A DNA stretch of 62,370 nucleotides, filler included, from Rhabdomonas costata (Eukaryota): assembly GCA_019059605.1 (NCBI GenBank). It is 37 parts of 37 records of this genome, joined end to end, with 100 filler letters (N's around TTAATTAATTAA, not from the genome) between each part and the next. Parts side by side here need not be neighbours in the genome. Positions count along the whole stretch, not along the records: positions 1 to 1,589 come from JAHMHO010012482.1; positions 1,690 to 3,278 come from JAHMHO010012483.1; positions 3,379 to 4,967 come from JAHMHO010012484.1; positions 5,068 to 6,656 come from JAHMHO010012485.1; positions 6,757 to 8,345 come from JAHMHO010012486.1; positions 8,446 to 10,034 come from JAHMHO010012487.1; positions 10,135 to 11,723 come from JAHMHO010012488.1; 30 more parts are not named here. One strand, written 5' to 3'. The position numbers and the translations under genes were made by a program. Under the pieces are notes generated by a model that had not been told where the DNA came from, did no database searches, and was given only the letters and a program-made list of their open reading frames with translations. Positions 1 to 11,249 of this stretch are shown in pieces (within the stretch, counting starts at the first letter, position 1; every line of letters starts with the position of its first letter).

Positions 1-1589
1 CTACGCCAGAAGAGACTTCACCTCCGGGATAGGCGTAAATTTTGTGCTGTGTGCGTGAAATCTAAGCGTCCTATGTAACCGCTTGTAGCCTTCAACTAAA
101 ACAAAGTCCAAGAGCAAATTTGAAGCACGACCAAAAAAAAGCATTGGTGGAAGCATACGTGTACACAGAGCAAACACGTTTGTACAGAAAAAAGTGCAAA
201 CTGTATCGAAGCGCTCGAATGGGGGGCAACTAGAAGGAATGGTGAGCGCGGCAAAATCGTGGCCTCAGTCTCCTGCTGTCCACGCGCTTAGGCCGTCACC
301 CTCTCTCAGAGCCTGATTGGGAAAGAACAGGTATTTGAAAAGCTGTAAAAACAATAAGAAAGGATGGTTTCATCGCCACTCAGCAAACGCTCTCTCTTTG
401 AAAAAAAGCGGCACCACCACCACCACCACCACGCCTTTCGACTCAGTCCTCCTTGGTCAGGGCACCATAACCATTATTCTTGCCGCATCAAAAAATCATT
501 GGCTACGGCGTAAAAGTACTGGAGGGGTTCCATGGCAGGATCTCGGAACCTCAACGGTGCGTTCGGCTACGTCCCCACTTAGCGGCCGATGAACGAAAGA
601 AAGAAACGAGACTAGAGACAGTACGCCCAGTACGAAAGACAACTTATCAATAAAATGGTAAGGGAAGACGAATGCTCTGTCACTGCAACCGCGAATTCTG
701 CGAGAACAACAACTTTCACTTGGATTGGGTTGGCTTTACGAAACGACAACCATAAATGAGAGAGCCAAATAAGGTGAAACCGAGAGTTGTTCTTGTGGAC
801 AACCTGTTTACTCTGTCCGCCATCGCCGCCACTACCCCCGCCGGGCTGGGCTGACACGGATTTGAATCCGCAGGAGTGGCGTTTCTGTGAGGCCATTCCC
901 TACAAAATTGAAAATGGAAGTGGAAAAAATGAAACCATCCTACAATGCGGTAGACAAGAGATGTGAGACATATATCGAGCGTCGGATGGGGATTATCTGT
1001 GGAGGGGGAAAAGAAGGTGAATGGTGATTCATTTTGGTGAAACTCTGGTCTGATGGGAACCCATTCCACAGACGATATATAAAACCAAAGTGACCTTTCC
1101 GTGATTCGTCTTTGACTTTCCTCTACAAGAGATCACATCATTGGTTTGATTTTTTACGTCCATTAGTTTAATGTTTCTTAACTATCTTTACGCATTCTTA
1201 AGATGCGTCTTTCGTGTTAAACAAAAAGTTGGTGTCTCGAGCGACATGGACGAATAAAGTATCTGTCGGATGACCAGCCGGGGGTTCGCATTGACATATA
1301 CGATCTAGAGCAGGAAAGACCGGGGCACCCGAAGGCAGAAATATAAAGTTGTAAGTATAGTAAGGTGTCACCCGACCCTCAGTCACACCCTAATCTGACG
1401 GGAGTCTGTGCAGCTTTGCAAGCTGCGGTGCGCAAGCTTGGGGGTGTACGAAGTTGCGGGCTGCGGCAGGCAGGACGCTGCCGGGGTCACAGAGAGGGAG
1501 CTGCCAAACCCCACGCAGGCGATGTCCTCAGGAGGTCTGGAAGAAGTCCCACCACCATCATAAACCACAAACCCACCCACACCCACCAC

Positions 1590-1689
1590 NNNNNNNNNNN
1601 NNNNNNNNNNNNNNNNNNNNNNNNNNNNNNNNNTTAATTAATTAANNNNNNNNNNNNNNNNNNNNNNNNNNNNNNNNNNNNNNNNNNNN
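1590..1689. other. Artificial contig linker N44-TTAATTAATTAA-N44 (first of 36, about every 1689 bp, last at 60683-60782)
   Basis: Identical 100-bp block with stop codons in all six frames, repeated between unrelated contigs of near-identical length. Confidence 0.99.
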
Positions 1690-2127
1690 GTGGTCGGATA
1701 GCCGGGAAACCTCTCAATGCCCACTCGCCCGCAAGCCAGCATTTCGCTCCGCAAAAAAACGAGCACCCAAGCATGCCCCTCTATTCGCAACATGCCGCCA
1801 GATTATTTCCTTGTGCTATTTGTCACTGCCACTACCACTGCGGGCTTGACACCCACCGACACGAGGCGCAGATCCCCTCACCACGCCAGCAGATACACAC
1901 GCCCGCTTCCCGTTGCCCCCACCCCGCCTCACACATTACACAAACCTCAAAAAAGTTTAGGGAGGAGTATTGAGCCAACGGGGAACCTAAGGAACTCCAG
2001 AAAAACTGCAAACACGGATTGCAGCCTTCCATTTGTTACCTTTCGACCAAAATCACACATATACTGTGCGACACAATTTCAGACCACTTCGATTTCTGTC
2101 TGCCCCCCCCCCCGACAAGCAAGATAC

Positions 2128-2323
2128 CTTGTGGTTGGACGGAGACTCGTTCTGACGAGGTGGAAGGCCCCGGAGCGAACGCAGAGATTTGTGACGGTAG
2201 AGACGTTTCAGGGATGGTGGCATTTATAGAGGGGCTCACCCCATCCCGAGAGTAGAGCAGCAATAGGAGCAAAATGAGCCCCAGGCCTAGCAGAGAGGTC
2301 CACCATTGCCAACCGATTCGCAT
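2128..2323 (-). CDS. Probable first exon of a type II membrane protein (N-terminal TM helix, Ser/Pro-rich stem)
   Basis: MRIGWQWWTSLLGLGLILLLLLLYSRDGVSPSINATIPETSLP...; ends at a GTATC donor. Confidence 0.35.
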
Positions 2324-4091
2324 CGTCGGGAGAGGGGTGGGAGGAGGTGAAAGTAATTGGAGGGGCGGGGTTGAGGAAACAGAGAACAGATACTTTATTA
2401 TCAAGAAACAGCAGCAGCTGGTTAGGTTTTACAGGTTGGAGATCCCAGGTTCCAGCACAGTTGGTTCATTCACCACAACCGTGCACTGACAAGTGCATGT
2501 CCCAACGGGGGGCCCTCAAGTCGTGCATCGATAAGACAGGACCCACCCAGTTTTCCCAAGTCGCCGAGCGCCAATGGGTGCCCCCACAGCCGGGCAAGAC
2601 TCCGAAGGGGCAGAGTCTCTCATTCACCACCACATGACCGCACGCAGTAGCTCGTCCTCAGCTACACTGCCGCTCTACTCGGGTGACTGTCCGTGAGACC
2701 ACAGCCCTCGTATTCCTCAAAGAAAAAGGCAGGCTGCCCACCTTGGCACGAGGCTGGTCCTGCGTGAGCACCACGGGCGGTGTATGTGCGACGTCCAAAA
2801 CATGCAGCCCTCTCTACTGTTGAAGTCTCAAAATCCTCACGAATACAACGACTTTCGACCTTTGATTTTGCGTAGCCCACCGAACCACCCCTTGTACCCT
2901 GCCGTTCCCTGCCGTTCCCTGCTGCAAAGATGCATGTTGTAAAAAACTGGCATCGTGTCTTGCCCGTGTCTACTCCACACCACCTCCACATCACCGCCTA
3001 GACTCCCCCACAGCTCTTGAGCCCCGCTTCCCGCTTCGGGGCCTCTTATATTTTTTTTGCAGCGGTTCACTTGACAGGCCAAAGTATTTTTCTCGCAGGG
3101 GGTTAGGGTGCCATGCACCTGCGGGGGGGTCCGGGGGTCCGCAACTTGCCCAGTGTTAGGATGCGGTGTTTTCTTCCAGTGGCGCAGGAACCTCCTTGAG
3201 GATGCTGATCCACTCATTTCCCTCCTTTCCTGTGTCAGAGACGGTTGCCTGCACTGATCCTTGGTGCGTTTCGTTGCTNNNNNNNNNNNNNNNNNNNNNN
3301 NNNNNNNNNNNNNNNNNNNNNNTTAATTAATTAANNNNNNNNNNNNNNNNNNNNNNNNNNNNNNNNNNNNNNNNNNNNGGTGGGGGGGGGGATCTGATGA
3401 AGGCATTTGGCCTCCAAGGGGACATGGGGAGAGGCAACACAACCAGCTCCAGGGCTTCTGCGGTAATCTTGTCCCCTGGAGGGGAAGGCAGAAAAAGCTC
3501 TGCCCGGGCAACTCCGATCCGCAGCTCGGTCACAACCTTAAGAGAGGCACAACCCCGAACATGGAAAAAAAAGCCATAGGAAAGAAACCACGCCAAAAGG
3601 CACGTGAAAAAACCCTGCGTGCCGGTGATTTCGGTGCGAATCTTTACAGGAAGTGCAACTGGAGATGGCGAGAGGGTTCGTGGCGACAGTCAGTAGAAAA
3701 ATCGATACCAAGCCGACGGAAACTCGCACTTTGTCTGAAAGTCTGCAATGGGGCACACCCAAAGCCCCCATCCAACTCCACTGTGGAGGTGATACTGCCT
3801 CGGTCCTCTGGTGATTCCCACGTAACAGTGTGTGTCATTGAGGTTTTCCAAGAATTCCTCCGCCTCGCCCCAGCACACGGTACCCCGAGAAGTAGCCAGG
3901 CAGCGGCAGGGTATTCGAGGCCCGCGGGACGCGGGAGGCAGAAAACACCAAAACCACGCTTTGTGCTCAGGTAGTGTACGCGGGTGTGTGTGCATGCGTG
4001 TGTGTGTATGTGTGTGGATCAGTCGGGTTGTAGCTTTGTCGTCCTTTCTCCCCTGTGAGATCTGTATCGGCTCGCTGGGAATCAGCACACA

Positions 4092-4345
4092 TTCTGCAAC
4101 AGAACTGGGCCACCACCACTGCGTGAAATCCACGCGGAGCCAAGCCCCCACGCCCCCACCGGTCTTCACACGCACCGTGGCGGCTGAGTGGAGATACGGG
4201 GGGAGCCGCTCGGAGGCGTCTGCCAGGGTTTTCGCCATAGCAACCAGCTCGGGCACCGTCTCGGGCCGCGCCTGCAAGACATCGCGCTGTGCCCGCAGAA
4301 GGGCAGACAGCGAGGAGTGCTCTGTGAGGGAGAACACGATCACCC
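4092..4345 (-). CDS. Exon of an uncharacterised protein (boundaries approximate)
   Basis: GC3-rich open frame VIVFSLTEHSSLSALLRAQRDVLQARPE...WWWPSSVAE ending near a GTGTG donor; no family recognised. Confidence 0.4.
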
Positions 4346-5740
4346 CCTTGGCTCTCTATCTCTCTCTTTGAATTAGGAATGTGAAGAGTGGTGGCGTGGG
4401 TGGGCGGGTTTCACTAGAGACGGACTTTTCCGATGATGATGCAACGATGCAATTAAGAAGGAAGGTGGGCATTTTTTGCTGCACTCTGCATCCTCGGAGC
4501 TTACGACCGTCCCTCGTGACGCTTTGCTGTGCAGCCGAAGCATTTTTGACGTTCCCCTGTAAGCTGGACTGGAAATGGAGTGGTAGGGAAGCACGTGCAG
4601 GAAAGAGCACGACAACAGCGTGCAGCCCGTCTCCGCCATCGAGGGCACACGGCAACAGGGGCTCCTTCCAACACACCACTTAATGTGGCGGGAAGCCTGC
4701 ACGGGAACCACCGCAAAACCGCCTGCAGGTCCTCGTGGGAGAGAGCCACCGCGGAGCAGCGGGCCTCGCGGCCGAGTCGGGAGCCCACAGCCAAGGGCAA
4801 GACGTCGCCCTAGCACACACCGTGTACGCAGAGCCATGACCCATGAGCCAATGCAAGGCACTTCTCCCTCTCAAAGCCAAAAAGCCAAGGACGACCCATT
4901 GCATGGCTGCATTCAGCGAGAAAAACCACTCAATTCCTCTTCACATTTGCTGTCTGCTCGGAAAACCNNNNNNNNNNNNNNNNNNNNNNNNNNNNNNNNN
5001 NNNNNNNNNNNTTAATTAATTAANNNNNNNNNNNNNNNNNNNNNNNNNNNNNNNNNNNNNNNNNNNNTCTGAGTTCTGAATACTGTCTTCTGTTTCTGGT
5101 TCTGTCTTCGGCTTCACGTCATATGTCGAGAACCAGACGAAGTCGTTTGGAAAAGCCTGCTAAGTACTCTGTGATATCCTTTTGTAGATTCCCATGATTC
5201 CTTAAATATCCGTTCGACCCGAACCAGCGTTGGCGGGTTTTGGGGATCTCATATCCCCCCCTCTCGGCATTGCAGCACTTTGATTTACTCTTGCGGGGCA
5301 TCTTCGCAAACCGGTTTTCGTAATCTGACCTACCACACCTCTCCTTCCTCTCCTCCACACAGACATCCTCTAACATATCTCACACCTTCTTCGTTCACAT
5401 CCAAAGTAAGCTTGAGCATTAGTTAGTTGTGCACCAATTTGGCAAGAAAAAAAGAAGCCCCGAGAGCTTTACGAAGGCACGTTCTGGGCGCGTTATTAGG
5501 GCCCGTAATGTGGTTGCTGAGGAGTGGCAGCGGCAGCTCTGTGAGAGCGTTCTGCCCGAGGACCGCCGTGACTTGCTGGGCCCTGTCGCAGAGGCCCGCA
5601 AGCTACGCACGCAGCTGCTGCAAGAATCTGAGGTGTGTTTCTGTTTTTTTTGTGTGTGTGTTGAGAGGAGCGGGATATTTTTCAGGAGAGCAGGGATTCG
5701 GTCCTCTGTACCTTGCAATCTGTGTGCTTGCGGCTGCTGA

Positions 5741-5775
5741 CAACCACCATTACCTTAGCAAGGTAATGGTGGTTG
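5741..5775. repeat. Internal perfect hairpin, 16-bp stem and 3-nt loop
   Basis: CAACCACCATTACCTT-AGC-AAGGTAATGGTGGTTG. Confidence 0.9.
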
Positions 5776-7686
5776 GTATGGCAGTATTTGCTGTTCCTGT
5801 TCGGTGCTGCGCAGCATCGGCAGCCCTGGCTGCCGCTCATATCTGAGTTCTTGCACATTTGTATCCATGCGGTTGTGGATGTAAGTGGGCGTGCGACCCG
5901 GACTGGCGCAGTAACGAACTGGGCAGTTTCCCAGGTCGCGCCACCATGGGCTCGCAAGGTCAGAAGAGTTGGGCGGTTGCATGAGACGCCCCACCCCTTC
6001 CCTTCTACGCAAAGCTGTGCGCAAAGCAGCGGATGCATAACGCTTGCCAACCTCAAGAGCGATCACACACCACAAACAGCGACGACCGGAACGGCATTTC
6101 GCAAGCTCTAACTTGGGCCTCAGAGCGCTAGGCCCAAGACATCATGGACTAACCGGAACGCTTGCACCGATCTTTACCCCGCTTCTGTAGAAATCCCAGG
6201 GGACACGTGCATTCCCCTTAACCCCCTGGAAAATTTTCAATACAAAACCCAGGTTGACTGGCAGTACGTGGGGAGGGGGCGACTATTGCACCACACCTAA
6301 ATGGAACGTTCAATGAGACCTTCAGCTCTGCATCTCTGCATGCACGTGGCAGCAGCCTCAGCAACGACTGGTGGCGAACGGGTCGATGGGGGTCGATAAG
6401 ATTTCAGTCCATTGTACAAACATGCATGAACATTGTGTCCCTTTCAGCCTCCGCCACGGTGCCGTCCTCCAGAGCGGTTGTGCTGAGGTCCAGGGCGTGC
6501 CTACAGGCGGCGAGGCTCTCGCGGTTCGCGGCCACTGCCGTACCCAACGACTCCCGCACCGCCACCACCCACGCATCCCAATCGGGAGTACTCACCGGAC
6601 GTGTACAGGGCCTCATCTAACAGAACAAACATCACCAACTGACACAAACACCTACTNNNNNNNNNNNNNNNNNNNNNNNNNNNNNNNNNNNNNNNNNNNN
6701 TTAATTAATTAANNNNNNNNNNNNNNNNNNNNNNNNNNNNNNNNNNNNNNNNNNNNTTGTTTTGTGAATAGAAAACGTCAAGGAAATGTGACTGATTACT
6801 ATGAAGAAGAAATAAATTTCGAAAATACTGCACCAGGCCTCATCAACTTTTTGCTTCACTTCTGGACGCGTGCTTCGTCGATGGTAGGCATCACCATCTT
6901 CGAACCAGTGGTGCCACCAGCAATCTCGATGAACTACATGTGAATTTTTCATAAGCAAGAGGTCACTAATGCGGTTGATGGAAACTGGGATTTCAAGCAT
7001 TGAGTGGAAAAGAAGTAGCTGACGGATCAATCGACGAAATAACAACCATTACCAACTTTACTATCATTCCCTTATTACTTTACTTTCTTTTTCACGCCCA
7101 TGCCTACGTATTTGTTAAACTTCTATTGATGGCAACAAAATCGTGAACTCTGAACAGAATGACGTTATGTATCTGGACACATGGATACGCTAACACGGCT
7201 GAATATCAAATTAAAACCGGCGTCATGAAATAATGTAACAGCAATTATCATATTTTAAAAATGACATTAGAAGTGTCAAATAAATTGGATGGAGTCGTGA
7301 AGAGACATATCGCGTCGTTCTGAGTCGTTAGTATTCGCAAGATTGGCAACAAGACATGGTTGAGATGGTAAACTCTTATCACAAATGCAAGGAGAAAACG
7401 GCAAGTGTCAAACGGCTCGTTTGACGGATTAGTAAAGAAATCTCAGGTGACAATTAGCAGACGTGGAGCAGCGTCGTTCCTGTCGGAGGACAAGTAGTGG
7501 ATGGGTTCCCCAGAAAGAAAGTTTTTGTGGGTTCAGAGGTGTTAGTTGTTGTGGAACAAGGGGTTCGAAGGTCGGCCCCAATGCCAGCACTCGGGGAAAA
7601 CGAAAAGGAGCGCCCGAAAGGAATACGCGGGAGGGCGAGATGCAAAAGAGAGGTGGTTTTTTGCCCTGCCCCCCTCCATGCGTCAG

Positions 7687-7869
7687 GTACCCTGCATGAC
7701 GGAGGAGCTGAAGCGGTGCGAGTGCAGGGCCTCGCAGGCCGAGGCGGCCAGGCTCGCCGCGGAGAACCGTGCGGCCCAGCTGCACGAGAGCAACCTCCAG
7801 CTAACCGCCCGCCTGGCGGACACGGAGGCCCAGGTGGCCGGCCTGCAACGCAAGATAAAGTCCCTCGAG
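7687..7869 (+). CDS. Internal exon of a coiled-coil protein
   Basis: cag|VPCMTEELKRCECRASQAEAARLAAENRAAQLHESNLQLTARLADTEAQVAGLQRKIKSLE|gttat; heptad-like, GC3-rich. Confidence 0.6.
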
Positions 7870-8563
7870 GTTATTACGTTTCGCATTCCTGATGATTTAT
7901 TGGAGAAAGGATAAGTTGCAGAGGTTCTCCCGTGTCTGTGCCATCCAGGCCAATTCACCCATACCAAGGGAGACCTGCGGTTTCTCTATCCGCGCTGATG
8001 ATCTTTTTTTTTGGTACCTCTGGTATTTTGGTAAACAAGAAACTGATGGAGTGAACTTTTGAGTGTCCTGTGTCGGTGAATGTGTGGGCAGCCTGATATG
8101 GCAGGTGTGTGGGGGTGTTGCTTGGTTCAAGTGATGGATGGCAGGGTCACCTTGCTGACGTTGTTGACCATGGAAGGGAGAAGCGGTTTTTTGATGTCAC
8201 CACTGGTAATCGGTGCTGGCAACCATATCAATCGCTGCGTGTAATAAAGTAGGCCCGCAATGGATTCGAACGTCGAAGGTACTGCATGCGCATGACAAAC
8301 TTAAAGGTATGTCTGACCCTCGCCAAACACGGACGAACCAAAACANNNNNNNNNNNNNNNNNNNNNNNNNNNNNNNNNNNNNNNNNNNNTTAATTAATTA
8401 ANNNNNNNNNNNNNNNNNNNNNNNNNNNNNNNNNNNNNNNNNNNNGTTGTTGTTGCACGACACGGCGATGAGGTTTTTGTGGGGTTCTTACAGTTTTACT
8501 CTGCTGACCGTGAGTTTGCTATGGCATTTCTTTCGTTTTTTCTGCGGTGTGGGATGACGGCAG

Positions 8564-10034
8564 GCGACGAATGACCAGGAGTTCCTGCTGAAATACGGCG
8601 CAGAGATTGTATTCGAGTCCGCACGGTCGTACATTGAGCTTGGGGTGTGGGAGCGGGGCTCCTTCCAGATCCATGGCGTCACCGGTGTGTATGCGGGAGA
8701 GGGGTCTTACAGTCCATGCGCACCGACAGGACGAGCTCACTGCTGACACACAAAGCTGTGGTCATTATTCTTTGCAAAAATGCAAGTTGTCGTCTTGGTC
8801 TCGTGAAAAGCTGATGAGTACCGTTTCCTCATCGTTTAAACAGTGGTTTATGGAAGTTGAATGACTTCGTGGGATTTCGATGAGAAATGATTTTTCTGGG
8901 ACATAGTCGCTCTTAGTAGAAAGGTTTCCTGCAATTTTTGGATTGGATTGGATTGGATGTGGTAGATCAGTTGATGGCCGATGTCAGAGATTGTGGACTT
9001 TAGGGTACACTCATTTCACAGGGCCCGACGAGTACACCGCGCTGGTGGACAACAACTATTACACCAACATCATGGCTCAGGCGACGCTGGAGTATGCTCA
9101 CCGCCTGTACGACTCCCTGTCTTTGGGCCATGCCGAGGAGCTCCAAGCCATCACCGCGAAGATCGACCTCCGGCCCGCAGAGCTGGAGGCCTTCAAGCAG
9201 GTGTGACCTCGCGATGCATCGTCCCGCGCTACCACATCCCAGTGCATCACATCAGTTGCGCCACATCGCATTGCATCTGATCCCATCAAATCACACCTAA
9301 CACTGTGAACACAAGAGGACTGTGCGATTAACAGGACATCATTTGACTGAGAAATTCGCAGATGTCTGGTTTCGGGCAGCTCACTTTTGGTGCCTAAATA
9401 AGTCGGCGGCATAAACCGCGAGCACACTGGTCAGACGGAATACTCGGAATTCACTTCCGCATGACAACTTACACTGATACCGCTCCTCCCTCCCTCCCTT
9501 ACAGACAGACCTGGACCTACATCCATTTGCACGTTTTTCGCAGAAATTATGTAAAAGAGAGCGCGAGAAATGGATGCTTGTGAAGAATTTTGCGGGTAGA
9601 ATTTCGAACAAGGACAATCACACGAACCTAAGGGATGAATTACCACGCGTGTGAAGGAGTATGCACGATGTGGTGTTGGGGTGGGGCCGCTCAGGCCGCG
9701 CTGAAGATGTGGCTGCCGCAGGACCACGTGCTGGGGGTACACCCCCAGGATGACAGCTTCCTGAAGAAGAAGTCGTGGGACTTCGAGAACACCCCACGGG
9801 ACAGCTACCCCTTGCTGATGCATTTCCACCCCTTGGTGATCTACAAGCACCGGTATGTGTGTTCATGTGCGCACCCACGATACGGTGCTGTGTGCGAACA
9901 ACAATCGGACCTGAACATCGGCGATATATATAATGTAACAACATGCTGTGTGACATTGTCTTGTTGCAGTTCGTCTTCTCACTCCAAGGACCACACGTAT
10001 TTCTCCGTTCTTTAACAGGGTGTGCAAGCAAGCC
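8564..10034 (+). CDS. GH65 disaccharide phosphorylase, central catalytic domain (trehalose/kojibiose/maltose phosphorylase-like); partial, exons 8564-8684, 9022-9200, 9695-9852, 10019-10034
   Basis: Spliced peptide ATNDQEFLLKYGAEIVFESARSY...IHGVTGPDEYTALVDNNYYTN...YPLLMHFHPLVIYKHRVCKQA carries the GH65 GPDEY, NNxYTN and KQA(D) motifs; three GT-AG introns with consistent phase. Confidence 0.92.
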
Positions 10035-10416
10035 NNNNNNNNNNNNNNNNNNNNNNNNNNNNNNNNNNNNNNNNNNNNTTAATTAATTAANNNNNNNNNN
10101 NNNNNNNNNNNNNNNNNNNNNNNNNNNNNNNNNNCACTCAGGCCGGTATGTCGATGAAGCTTATATCATCCTTCTGTCGGAATCACATCGTATCGGCCTC
10201 TAACCGGCCCAACTTCTATCACGCTGCGCTGGTAACAGGGATAACAATGCCGCTGCAGCTGCAAATGGGTGCAAAATCCAGCTTGCTGGGTGTTGTAACG
10301 CGCTGCGGCTGGTATCGCAACGAGTTGAGCTGCAAAGCTTGTCCTGTGTCGTTATCATTTGCATTTGTTGTTTCGGTTGTTGTGGGTCCTGAGTTTCATC
10401 TGGCTTGGCGATGCAG

Positions 10417-11249
10417 GTTACAAGGTGGGACAGGTTATCGCCCTGTGCGAGGAGCAGGGCTTCGGATTTATTCGGCTGAAGAATGACCTTGAGGTGTACT
10501 TCCGAATGTCCGAAGTCGCGGAGAGCGGTGTGCGGGCCCTGTCTGAAGAATCTGTGGTTTGCGAGGCGGGGGGTGTCTCATTATTTTCGGGCATTTCAGT
10601 TTTCAGTTGTCATTCTTTTTCTCTCGCGTCTCCATCCCCGCTCCTAAAAACATACAGCTTACATCTGCAAGGCGGACATTGTGGAGTGCCGGGTGGTGAT
10701 AGATTCAGCCCGCGAAGGCCGCGCCACAGCCAGAGACGTCCGGATGCTCCAGGTTGTACCCCTTTTCTGCTCAACCTTGCCGGCAGCAGTTCTTGTGTGT
10801 TCACTGTCATGTTATTGATGATGCCCTCCCCTTCCCACTGCTGGGGGATGAGGTGTGGATTTGTCTTGCGGGTGAACTCCGTTGGGGTGGTAGGAGGCGA
10901 TTCTGAATTACTATGATGCCGACGCATTGGACTCGCTGCTGGAGCGGTGGGCGGAGCAAACTCCGCGGGAAATCCTTACGGCGGTGACGCAGAGGGTGGA
11001 AGTCCTGAACACCCTTCTGGCCACCCCGGCCCCAGCTGACGGTCAGCTGTATCCGTTTTGGGTTGTTTGCCAAGGGTGTGCACTGAGCTTCACTGCTGGA
11101 ATGCTCGGCTTCTCACAGGATCGCAAATGCATCCCCGACATGCGGTGGCTCTCCTGGAGATTTCGGCTAGGCTGACCCAGAGCTGCATGACGGCCTCCTT
11201 GCGAGTGTTCTTTTCGGCCATCACCGCAGATTGCGCCTTCATGACCCAG
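10417..11249 (+). CDS. Cold-shock/OB-fold domain protein with a following helical region; partial, exons 10417-10556, 10672-10752, 10894-11041, 11119-11249
   Basis: GQVIALCEEQGFGFIRLKNDLEVYFRMSEV...ADIVECRVVIDSAREGRATARDVR fits the CSD pattern (GFGFI, vFfH-like, A..V); GT-AG joins keep frame. Confidence 0.7.

Noticed and set aside
1365-1645. ORFs running into X/LIN, and most antisense ORFs in the supplied track
   Set aside because: They are created by the linker or are shadows of GC-rich exons on the other strand.
6800-7045. HVVHRD as a kinase catalytic loop
   Set aside because: Not followed by LKPxN or DFG; likely chance.
8811-8850. CTGATGAG hammerhead core (also near 33112)
   Set aside because: No stem II-GAAA or closing helices in the correct arrangement.
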